Shown piece by piece: positions 27,352 to 37,473 of a DNA stretch of 64,000 nt (positions within the stretch are counted from its first letter, which is position 1; every line of letters begins with the position of its first letter). This DNA comes from Azolla caroliniana. Lineage: Eukaryota; Plantae; Polypodiophyta. The translations under genes and the position numbers were made by a program. The stretch spans positions 7,502,001-7,566,000 of the forward strand of contig JBHGNT010000005.1 in NCBI GenBank assembly GCA_043228905.1, written 5' to 3'. Below the pieces are notes generated by a model that saw only the letters and a program-made list of their open reading frames with translations, made no database searches and was not told the origin of the DNA.

Positions 27352-30183
27352 ATGTCCGACCTCGACGCAGAAGACATAGACTACCAGACTCTCTCGGAGG
27401 CCGCCAAGAAATGGCTACGACAACACGTATTGGAGGGGTTCCTCACAATCATGGACGCACCACCACACAAAGAAGCCGACAAGATCATCAAAGAAATTGA
27501 CACCGAGCTGATCACGGAGGAAGCGATCCGTGCACTAACAGGCCTTCCGGAGGGGGGCATCTATATTATTGACAACCCTACCTCTGAACGGCTCATCAAA
27601 TACTTCGGCGAATATTCTCTGGCCAGCAAGGGCTACAAGACACAGGGCGGAGAAGATATGTTATTCCGAGAAATTGCCCGTGTACTCCATGAGTTTGGCC
27701 ACGTATACCCTCGACCCCCCGTTATGCCTCAGAACCGAGCAGTCTTGATCATCGCAACATACGAAGGGGTCAAGGTGGATTGGCCGGTGCTGATCACCGA
27801 CGGATTGTGTGCGGCTATTGACACCGTAAGAGGTAAGGAAGCCAAAGAAGGCCAGAAAATATGGCATGCGGTGGCGCAATGGCTCACCCTATTGGCGCCA
27901 CCTGTTGAGCCCGTCCAGACAAAGAAGCGGGGAAGAGTAACGGACGACACCCCGAAAGCTGCTTCAAAATGATAGCAGTTGTTGGCCACCAAGACCACTA
28001 AGGGGAAGACAGCCGACACGGAGCAGGCAGGTGGCGAAGGAGCGCGCCATCCGCAAGCAGCCAACGGACAAGCAGGAGGAGACACCGGCACGACCCCTGA
28101 AGAACACACTCCACCGACCGGTGCAGCAAAAACCGACACCCTGGCGGCAAGAATGAATACCAGGACTCATGAGGAGGAAACAGAGGAAGAACCTACAGAG
28201 CACCTCCAGCAGCGACCGAAGACGAGCACCGCAGAATTAGCTGGGAAGCGTTCGGACCCATAGAAGGATGGAACGCCTTTACCCCACACTGAGAATCCCA
28301 CGCCAAGTGGGAGGAACCGGAACAGGTTCGAAAGGAAACGGTCTCAGAAGACCCTGCACAACAGGCAATACCGGCAAGCCCCAAAATGCAACCGCCGGTA
28401 AGGCATGTGCCACCTTCCTGAGCCAGCCAAGAACAAGCCAAAACACAACCGGAACCCGAACGACAAAGTGGTCAGCAGGCAGAGCAGGAAGTGCAGCTCG
28501 ACGCAGTTAGGTGGGACCGGCCACTGGCAACTGAACCCATCAGCCAACCCTCCGTGCAGACGCAAATAGGGTACCAGCAGCCAATGGCTCCGGTGGATAG
28601 GAGAGCAGGTTGCCGGAGTGATACTATATGTAGAGGCTGAAGAACGAGCGGAGATGGACTGGTTGCTAGTCACAACCGATGAACTAGAGACGGCCTGGTC
28701 AAGGATCCGGTGCCTTGAACAAGACTTGGACCGGGTCACAGAAGACATGGCCAAAATGGCCTTAACTGCAACACAGATCCAAGTACTGGTGACTCCGATG
28801 GAGGTATAGAATAAAGAAACAACCACGCCTGTACATACGAATAAGACCTCGGAGATAGAAACCGTCCCGGAGAAAGATGCGACGCAAGGAGCTTGCCGAA
28901 TTAAGGGACGAACTTGCCACACAAGAAGCACTACAGAGCCGCGAACGAGATTTGAAGAAAGCGGCAGAAGAGGAGTTAAGAAAGACTGCTGAAAACCTCC
29001 GCTGGGCAGAAGAATATCTGTGGAAAGGGCATCAAGCTTACAACCGGAAAAAGGAGGAAAAAGAAAAATTGTTGCAGGAGAAGGATAAGCTTCGACGGAT
29101 GGCGATGAAAGGCTGAAAGAAGAACTCCGTCAACAAAAGGACCGGGAAGACTGCGCTCGTTGGCAAATCAACCAAAGGCTGAAGCAGAAGACAGAGGACT
29201 TCGACCACCTGCACCGGAACTTTAAGAGCTTGGACACGAAGTATAAGCAACAACAGGAAAGGATGGCCGAGCTCCGACAGGAAGTTGATAGGGCCACAAC
29301 GGCACTCGCCGACGAACGGGCTGAGAATACAAAGCTATTGGAGGAAGCGGCGAGGGACCGGATGGAGCTCCACAAGCAGCACAATGAAGAAAAGGAAAGG
29401 GCGACAATGGTGTTACAGAGGTTGCAAACAACCTATCAGAGTCAATTGTTGCATTATAGGGAGCAGGAGGCGGACACGGTCAGAATCATCAAGCAATTGA
29501 AAGAGGAGCGACAAGCCGCGGAGAACAAATCATAGATGGGAATGGAACGGATCCAGTGCATCCTCCGGTCATGGCTAAACAAGACCAAATGCTTGATTGA
29601 CGAGAGCTCTGTGCGATGATGAACGAAATGGGCGCAAAATACGGCTGAACTCCAGTTGCTCAGGGCGGACGCCGAAAACCGGCGGAAGGAAAGTGACGAC
29701 TGTTACATGCTCACATCAGAGGACTTCACCACCATAAAGGATGAGCTAGCAGAAGATTTCACAGCTCTAGCGGATGAGCAATTGGTGCAGGTCTGGCAAC
29801 TCATAGCTCAACTGAACGATGATCGGATGGATACTCAAATCCAGTTTGAGAGCTACGATCGGTCCCGGCTTAGGGAAGAAAAAGCAATGCAGGCGGCAAT
29901 GGTCAACCTCAGTGATGAGGAATCGTCGCCGGTACAAGGACCAGACGGAGACCAGGCCAGGGTAAGTCAACCAGAGACAACTCCGACGGAGGAAACAACG
30001 AAGGAAACGCCGGTGCCAGAGCAACCATCGGAGCCGTAGCCAAAGTCGGAGCCACAAACGGAGAAGCAACCCCAGCCACAATCGGAGCAGCCGTATCAGC
30101 AGCAACAACAGCCACAACAGATTCCCGTAGAACCATTGGAGACCCTAGAGCAAAGCATCTTGGATATCTTAAACGAAGAGTAA
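27352..30183 (+). pseudogene. Additional sense ORF between pol and the 3' LTR: globular N-terminal part, disordered linker, long coiled coil, Q/P-rich tail; interrupted by stops
   Basis: ORF pieces starting at 27112, 27979, 28618, 29230 and 29656 are in one frame. E/K/R/Q-rich heptad-like sequence at 28618-29900. Final TAA at 30181-30183. Confidence 0.75.
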
Positions 30184-30610
30184 GGGGCCAGTTTGGGATT
30201 CGACGTACAAGGTACTGTCCCACGGGCGTGCCATGTGTTACCCAGCCGGCAAAAACCAGGGTGTGAAAAGGGGAATTGTTATTTAGGTATCTGTTGAAAT
30301 TACTAGTCTTAATATATAGATTAATATATGAGAAGATGTGGACGGACTGACCGAAATCGGTATGCCGATCCGGATACGGACCGATTCCGAAAAGGTGCTG
30401 GTTGGCACCGTTTTGTACTTCGCACCGATGACCTATATAAAGGCCGGTTATAATGTAGTCATGAACGGAGAGTAATAAAAACCTTTTGTTTAATCATTGA
30501 GTATTGTTCACCATTTTGTGCTTATTGTATATCTTACGCGTGTTAATGATGTCTTGCTAAGTAACCGATTAAGGTCCAATTAAGCGTTGTGTCATAAGTT
30601 ATCTCGTCGT

Positions 30611-31654
30611 TGTCGTGAAGATCCGTCACTACGCGCGGATCATGAGGCGGAACCACCGGGGTTCTGGACCGGAAGGATTCAAAGTTGGTACAAGCTTTGG
30701 CGCAAGCTTTAGCGAGAAAGTACTTAAGATAGATTGGGAAAGAGAGAAGTTGAGATTACATGATTGAGAGAGATTGATTGAACTTTTAACTTTAGATTTA
30801 AGAAACAAGTTACACGATCAATTTGATAACGAATTTCTTCCTCTTAATTTTCATAAAAAAAACCGTGCTTTTCTCCTCCCCCTTCCCTCTTTTATAGATG
30901 CTCTCATGCATATGATGCATGTGAGGGTACAAGACATGCATAAATTGCATGTTTGCCATTTGGCGCTTATGTATTACATGTGGTGCATGATAACCATGTC
31001 ACTCATTTTAGTTCTCATGTATGAGAATTTACATGTAAAAGTACAATGATAGAAATATAATTTTAACTAAATAGCATGGCTTAATGGTAAGCCAATTGAC
31101 TCTTAACTTGGAGGTGCAAGGTTTGAATCCTTACTTGCCCTCCTTGTATATGTATATATATTTATATATTTATTTATCTAGTCGCCGGACGCCGGTTCGC
31201 CGGATACCATCGGTTACCGGTGCCGTCGGATCACCGTCGTCGGATCACCGGCTCCGGATTGCCGGTTCGGTTTTGGTTGGCCAAAACCCTTTACGAGTAG
31301 CTAGCCCACCTCCACTCTTAGTTCAAGTTACCTTGAACTCTCTATGCTCTACACATAGACACAAAGATAATATCTTTTGCTCCACCTTATATATGATGAG
31401 AGTTGTATTTGTCGTGCCTATGTGGGATATCTCATAATTTTCTCCTTTCCTTTTACAAACTTTAAACCCTTATATCTTGACATTTAGTTGTCCGTTTCTC
31501 GTGTAATAAAGTGCATTCGAAACCTCCATCATTTTGTACTTAGATATTAAATCTATTTAAAATGTTATCTTCACAATTATTGTACTACGTGATTCATACT
31601 CGATTTCGTACGTTTTATGGGATTTTCACACTATTGCCGAAAATCTTCACGACA
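30611..31654 (-). repeat. 3' LTR of the inner element (1044 bp)
   Basis: Near-identical to 37474-38481 apart from scattered substitutions and an indel in a GC-rich block. Preceded on the minus strand by GGTGGGGGTGGA (PPT-like). Confidence 0.95.
31071..31140 (+). ncRNA. tRNA-derived (tRNA-Lys-CTT-like) Pol III A/B-box segment inside the LTR, copy 1 (B box GGTTTGAATCC)
   Basis: A box TGGCTTAATGG, D-stem GCTT/AAGC, loop CTCTTAA, T-arm AAGG-TTTGAAT-CCTT. Anticodon and acceptor stems are degenerate. Confidence 0.6.
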
Positions 31655-31726
31655 TCCACCCCCACCAAACCGCACGTCCTCTGGTACGTGCCAAGAAGAG
31701 AAGAAGTGAGATTTCGGCTACGATGA

Positions 31727-34700
31727 TCAATTAGATTCCTCCATGTCTTCATTTTCATCCGGCCTATTATGTTCATTGTCGAGGTAATCGAGGTCAGGAT
31801 CCTTGTCTTGTCTTTTCTTGAAAATCTTTACTCTTTTTCCAGCAATGGGTACGGCCAACCTTGATCCGTCTAGTTCTGCAAGGTGGTATGTGGCATTATC
31901 GTTGGCACTTGTCACCACATACGGCCCGAACCATCTTCTTGCGAACTTCCTTGTTGTACTGTGTTGATTGTCAAGGGTGCTGTCATAAACCAAAACCCAA
32001 TCCCCTTCTTCAATCTTCTTGGGACGAAGTCGATGCGTGTTGTCGAACCGAACTTTGTTCTTTACTCGGGCTGCCTTCATCATCTTTCGCGCTTTTTCTA
32101 AATCTTCAGGTCTTCTTTCAAGTTGCCTTATCCGCGCCGCTAATAACTCTTCTCGGCTCATCTCGTTCTCCCACGGTATCGCTACCCATGAGGCGATCGT
32201 CCTTTCGATGGGCATAATCGGCTTTTGTCCATACATAAGCTCCGTCGGCATATACCCTGTCACCGAGCTATGTGTCGTTCTATCGGCCCACAAGGCATAG
32301 GGTAATAGTCGTGGCCAATTCCCGACTCGACCGTTGCATGCCCGTACGATGGCTTTAACGATAGGTCCATGCCCTCGCTCGATCTTCCCATTTGCTTCCG
32401 GATTGTAGGCAGTCGTGAGGGAGAGCTTCACGCCTAGTCTTTCGAAGAGCTCTGTCGCTTCGTGCGCGTCCAACTCCCCTCGGTCAGCCACTATCTTCCC
32501 TACACATCCATATCGGCAAACAACATCTTCAAGTAAAAATTTACAAACGGTTGAAGTCGTCTTATTTGTCAAGGCTCGTCCTTCCACTTTATTTGTCAAG
32601 TCTTCCCTTGCCAGCGCTAAGTACTTCATTTGTCCCACTCCCATTGGCATCGAGACCAGATCCACCATCCATTTGAAGTGAATAGTGAGTGGGTATGTCG
32701 GCTTTAACTCATCACGATGACGTATATTTGAATATATTTGGCAAGTTTCACATGTGGACACGAAATGGAGTACATCTTTGTACATGCTTGGCCACCAGTA
32801 CTTCTCCTTCAATTTTTTGAACGTTGCCCATGTTCCTCTATGACCTGCCCAAGCACTCTCATGGAATTCGGTCATCAGCGTCTCTTGCTCTTCTTTCTTT
32901 ACCACCACTCGACGTGGTATTCCTGTCCTTCTTTTTGGATGTCGCCAAAGGAATCCTCCCTTCAAGAAGTATCGGTAAGCTTTCTTTCGGATTCGTAGGG
33001 CCTCCTCCTTTGTCAACGAAGCATCTGTCGTCAATGTTCTTAGGAATCTACCGATGAGTAACCATTCTCCTTCGTACTCGTTCTCGTTGAAGGCGTGGAG
33101 GGTTTGCGTGTCCTGGTCTTCCGCCGACAATCGAGCCATCTTGAAGAAGTCGAGCGCGACATCTTCATCTTCCGAAACCATGTTACTTCCATTTGAAAAT
33201 CTTGCCCTCGACAGCATGTCAGCCATGGCGTTCTTCTTCCCTACAATGTGACGGATCTCTGGGTTTAAAGACTTGATGTAGGCGATCCACCTTAGCATAG
33301 CAAGATCTGGGGTCGCACATCCCGAGACCATTCCGAGAATTGGGAGACAATCTGTCTCTATTATCACTTCTGACCCGATCAGGTAATCTTTGTCCGTCTT
33401 CACTGCTGACACAATACCCCAAAGTTCCCGCTTGACTTGGGCATATCTTTGTTGCCGTTCGCTGAGAACCTTTGCTCCAAACCAGATGGCATATCGCGCA
33501 TTATCTTCACCTTCTTGGTTGATGACCCACCCGATTCCGGTTGGACTCGTATCTACGGTCACGTAAATTGGTTTCCCTTCGGCATAGTCGGCCTTCCTTA
33601 GTGCCGGAGCTTCAAGAAGCAGTTTCTTTAATCTTCGCGTCGCCTTTGTGTGCTCGTCTCGCCATTCGAACTTTATTCTTTTCTTTAGTAGTCCATATAA
33701 CGGTTCGGCGACATGAGCGTAGTGAGGAATCCACATATGATAAAATGCGCACGCTCCAAGGAACCTTCGAACCTCCGTTTGGTTTTCGCATTCTTCTTTC
33801 ATGTCTTGGATTGCGTTCACTTTGGATGGCGAGGGCTTCCGGCCATATGCTCCACACAAGTGACCTACCACCAAGATCTCCGGTTGCCCGAATGCGGATT
33901 TTTCTCCCGAAAATGTCAAATTCGCATCTTCAAGCCTTTGAAGCACCTTCTCGCAATCTTTCATATGATCCGCAATGAACTTTCTACAACCTTCCTTATC
34001 TTTCGATTCATCTTTCTCCTCATCCGAACATCCTTTTATCGGAATATCATCCAAGAATGGCATCGTGATGTCCGGAATGCAATCCTTCAAGACTTTATTC
34101 ATGGCATTCACCATATGAGCCACCGAGTTCGTTGCGCCTTGGGGTAAGGTACACATCCGCACAAGCCCGATTGGAGTCCTCATGGTTGTAATGTCCCGAC
34201 TGTCGATCGCCAATTGGAATTGGTCATATCCGGAGTAGAGATCGCCAATGGAGTAGATGGACCGGCCCGCAAAAGCTTCGGCAAATTCGTCCACGCTCAG
34301 ACCGATTCCGGCATTTCGAATTGTCACCTTGTTGACGGGTTGAAGATCTTGGATGAATCGCAATGATCCATTCTTCTTCGGCACCGTGAACCACCTATTG
34401 GAATAAGGAGCATTCGACGGTTCTAGAATTCCCATACTCACCTTCTCCTTTAAGAGCTCGATCAGCTTTGGAAGGTGTGCTCTCGGAACCAGTATCGGTT
34501 TCAAATTCCAAGGCACATGAGGCACCGTGAAGATCACCATCGGCTCTATAACCTTTGGGTCGGCGCATCCGATTTCTCGTGGGAAGAATGCGAAAGCCTT
34601 CCCATGTCTCTCAAGCATATCGCGAAACATTCGCTCCTCTTCAGGGAGAAGGAAATCCTCCTTTCCAACTCGTAGCTTCCCCTTCGTCTCTTTGGTGAAG

Positions 34701-35221
34701 TCATGACCTATCTTCTTCGGATCTCTTAAGCTTGGATCATTAGCGACTTCCTTCATCTTTTGCCAGCTATCTTCCGGTAGCGGAACCACAACTCGCTTGA
34801 TCTTCTTATCCACCGTTTTATATTTCGTGTTGATGTCAGCTTCCTTCATCGAGATGCCACGACGGTATTGATCGATGATAGCGTACATGTTGACGGAGTT
34901 AACCGAAATCACGCGTTGGTTGTGAAGATAGCTCAAGTCCACGACGTCCTCGATTTCGCCGATGGTGTCGTTAAATGAGGCTTCTTCCATAATATGAGTC
35001 ACGAACTCTCCTTCTTCTATTATATTCTCTTCTTTCAACATCTTCTCAAATTCTTGTATCCGGCGCTTGTGCTTCTTGTCGGGTAGTACTAGTTTACATG
35101 CGCCACTAGGTGTGACACATGTTGCTTCTCCTTGCAATCCACGCACTCTTCTTTCTTGTGGGGTCTTGTGATTGCTCGGACTATTTGTGCCCCATGCTTC
35201 AATAGTCCGCTCTAAAAATCC
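31727..35221 (-). CDS. pol (RT-RNase H-integrase) of the inner element; uninterrupted ORF, probably entered by -1 frameshift at 35215-35221
   Basis: The 1139-aa ORF stays open back through the Gag-PR stop region. Motifs: RT LPQGATNS and FLDDI, RNase H VDTSPTGIG, integrase H-H-C-C, DDE and WFGPY. No chromodomain. Confidence 0.92.
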   Translation of the reverse strand, partial: GFLERTIEAWGTNSPSNHKTPQERRVRGLQGEATCVTPSGACKLVLPDKKHKRRIQEFEKMLKEENIIEEGEFVTHIMEEASFNDTIGEIEDVVDLSYLHNQRVISVNSVNMYAIIDQYRRGISMKEADINTKYKTVDKKIKRVVVPLPEDSWQKMKEVANDPSLRDPKKIGHDFTKETKGKLRVGKEDFLLPEEERMFRDMLERHGKAFAFFPREIGCADPKVIEPMVIFTVPHVPWNLKPILVPRAHLPKLIELLKEKVSMGILEPSNAPYSNRWFTVPKKNGSLRFIQDLQPVNKVTIRNAGIGLSVDEFAEAFAGRSIYSIGDLYSGYDQFQLAIDSRDITTMRTPIGLVRMCTLPQGATNSVAHMVNAMNKVLKDCIPDITMPFLDDIPIKGCSDEEKDESKDKEGCRKFIADHMKDCEKVLQRLEDANLTFSGEKSAFGQPEILVVGHLCGAYGRKPSPSKVNAIQDMKEECENQTEVRRFLGACAFYHMWIPHYAHVAEPLYGLLKKRIKFEWRDEHTKATRRLKKLLLEAPALRKADYAEGKPIYVTVDTSPTGIGWVINQEGEDNARYAIWFGAKVLSERQQRYAQVKRELWGIVSAVKTDKDYLIGSEVIIETDCLPILGMVSGCATPDLAMLRWIAYIKSLNPEIRHIVGKKNAMADMLSRARFSNGSNMVSEDEDVALDFFKMARLSAEDQDTQTLHAFNENEYEGEWLLIGRFLRTLTTDASLTKEEALRIRKKAYRYFLKGGFLWRHPKRRTGIPRRVVVKKEEQETLMTEFHESAWAGHRGTWATFKKLKEKYWWPSMYKDVLHFVSTCETCQIYSNIRHRDELKPTYPLTIHFKWMVDLVSMPMGVGQMKYLALAREDLTNKVEGRALTNKTTSTVCKFLLEDVVCRYGCVGKIVADRGELDAHEATELFERLGVKLSLTTAYNPEANGKIERGHGPIVKAIVRACNGRVGNWPRLLPYALWADRTTHSSVTGYMPTELMYGQKPIMPIERTIASWVAIPWENEMSREELLAARIRQLERRPEDLEKARKMMKAARVKNKVRFDNTHRLRPKKIEEGDWVLVYDSTLDNQHSTTRKFARRWFGPYVVTSANDNATYHLAELDGSRLAVPIAGKRVKIFKKRQDKDPDLDYLDNEHNRPDENEDMEESN
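35177..35221 (-). promoter_or_regulatory. Putative -1 programmed ribosomal frameshift signal (slippery heptamer plus downstream stem-loop)
   Basis: Minus strand reads G GAT TTT TAG, then a 5-nt spacer after the heptamer and CGGACTATT...AATAGTCCG (perfect 9-bp stem). The pol ORF is in the -1 frame. Confidence 0.8.
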
Positions 35222-37406
35222 GAGGATTCGCCTCCGAGACTATCTCGATTCCTTTCATGATTGGCTCGCACCGTTAGGAATTGGACCGATCTTTGGTTGT
35301 CAAGACTCTTTATTCGTGCGAAGGCTGCTCCATTATCGAACAGTTTGGTCTCCATCCGAGATGATGTGATATAAGGTTGCCCTAGGATGACAGGATGCGA
35401 CGCCGATTCTTGTACGAAGAAGTGTTGATCCATCTCCACATCCCCGATCGTGACTTTGACATTGGGACAAGCTCCGTATAAATCCTTCGTAGACTTTGTT
35501 GCCACGCGAATCTTCCATCCGTGGTTTGTATTGATTGGCCATCTTCCTTTTTTGTAGAAGTCGGTCGACATGAGGTTGATCTCCGAGCCGTGGTCGATCA
35601 AGGCTACCATGGTCTCTTTCTTCTCCCCGATCTTCACCGGCGTCTCCGTTGTCGCTCGTGCCCAATGAGGTCGAGTGTAGTGGCTGTCCACCATATCTTC
35701 ATCGATTTCGCCTCTTGCCATCGTTATGGCATTCGTTTTTGCTTTTTGCGGCTTCTCTTCTTCCTCGTCCGATTGTTGTCTCTTTCTCTTTACAAGGTCC
35801 ACGATCGTGTCATGGAACTCCTTCGTAATGCCAAGCAATTCCCTCAAGGACAAAGTTACGTGGCTATCAAGAACTCGTTCTTCGAGAATCTTCTTTAGGT
35901 CCGTCGTCTGCTCTATGTCCGACCTTAGCTTATAGGTAGGTATGGTCCTTGTCCTCCGAGCGGGGTCTTCGACACCAACCTTCACGGGCCGAACCGTTTC
36001 TTCAACTCGTATGCTCGGCTCCCCTTTTCGGCTTGATTCTCGTTCCTCCGTTTGTAAAGGTCGACTCGTCTCCGCATCGTCCTTCTTTTTCGCGTTCCTT
36101 GTTTCATGTCTTTTTGATGGCCTTGCTCTTCTATTCTCTTTCTCTTTTCTTTGACGAACACCTCGTGGTTGTCGCACATCACCTCTGCGAGTATGGTGTT
36201 GTCATCCACCGGATCCGACCACCCGGTTATGCTTTGCACGTTTCGGTCCGCAAGCTCTACCTCGTTCGATGTGACTTTTCCCTTCTTCTCATATTCGAGA
36301 ACGGAAGTCCGAAACTTTGATCCCGCTCTAGCAGCTTCAGTCTTGTCTTTCCCGACTCTTATTCCGGCCGACGCAGCATAGTGCATCGCATCCACATGAG
36401 TCGCATCGGCATCCTCCATAGATTTCTTCATTCCTCCTCTTCCGAAATTCACCCGTAGGGGTCTTCTAGTCTCGCTTGAGCAGATAATGTTGTCCTCTAT
36501 GTATACGATATTTTGTCGAATTGCCTCTCGAAGGCTCGCACAATCCCTTCTCATGTGGTCCATGCTATCGCACCACACGCATCTAAAGGGTTCTTTTCCT
36601 TTAGGGCCCCGACGATTCATGTTGGCTAGCGTGAACTTCTCGAACTTCTTCGCTAGCTCTTCAATGATGTCGTCATCAATCTTCTTTTCTTTCACGTTAC
36701 TTTGTCTCAGCGGCTCAGCTACTTTCGGCGGTCTTGCTTTCTCCGTGGTAGTCGGTCCCGTCAAGTCGGTGTCATCAACCCATTGGCGACGTTTGTCGAG
36801 CCTATTGCATGCCCGCTTCACCGCGATCCAGTCCGCTACGAGCCCATTTGCTTGGGTATCATCTTCGAGAAGAGTCCCCAACTCCCGTCTATCCTTTATG
36901 TCCACGGCCTTCAAGAAGTACAAAGTCTTGTCCTCTTCAAGCAACACTTGGTCCGTATTGGGGAGACGACTAAACATCTGGTCGAATTCGTCGTACACCC
37001 TCGAGACGCTCATCTTCTTATTCTTCTTCTCTATCCACTTCATCAGGGCATGTCGAGTCATCCTCGTTGAGTCTTCAGTCACGAACTCCGCTAGTATCAT
37101 TTTCTCGAACTCGGACCATGTTGTCTTACCTTCTTGAAGCTCGATGACGCGTCTTTGGATGTTGTTGGCGACAACTCTCTTGAAGCTTGCGATTTGACGT
37201 GCCCCGGACACGTCCCTCTGATTCATCTCCCTTCTATATGCATCAAGGAACTTCGTAACGTTCCTTCCATCGAATTGGCCCTCGAGCTCTACGACACGAT
37301 CGACAGCCTTCTCCACGCTCGCGTCGTTGTCCCGAGATCTCATCATTTGCTCGACGATTAGCATCATCCTTTCGAGCTCTCCCGCTTGGTTGCTTGAGGA
37401 CGCCAT
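35212..37406 (-). pseudogene. gag-protease of the inner element, with one probable mutational frameshift near 36120
   Basis: ATG at 37406. Gag has CCHC CVWCDSMDHMRRDC; protease motif ALIDHGSEIN; TAG at 35212-35214. ORFs 35982-37412 and 35212-36177 overlap in different frames. Confidence 0.88.
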
Positions 37407-37447
37407 CTCCAAGTATTAATCTCGACTTGATCCTTCCTACCGCCTCT

Positions 37448-37465
37448 TTCACGTCGGGTTCACCA
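37448..37465 (-). promoter_or_regulatory. Primer binding site complementary to tRNA-Trp
   Basis: Plus strand TTCACGTCGGGTTCACCA matches the 3' end of plant cytosolic tRNA-Trp(CCA) plus CCA as I recall it. It lies 8 nt from the 5' LTR. Confidence 0.85.
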
Positions 37466-37473
37466 CTTAATTA

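Noticed and set aside
35982-36177. Second programmed frameshift inside the inner gag
   Set aside because: No clear slippery site with a downstream structure; a 1-nt deletion near EEQG/PSKR explains it more simply.
36151-37137. Antisense ORFs of 76-216 aa inside the inner element
   Set aside because: Expected on the reverse strand of GC-balanced gag; no recognisable domain.
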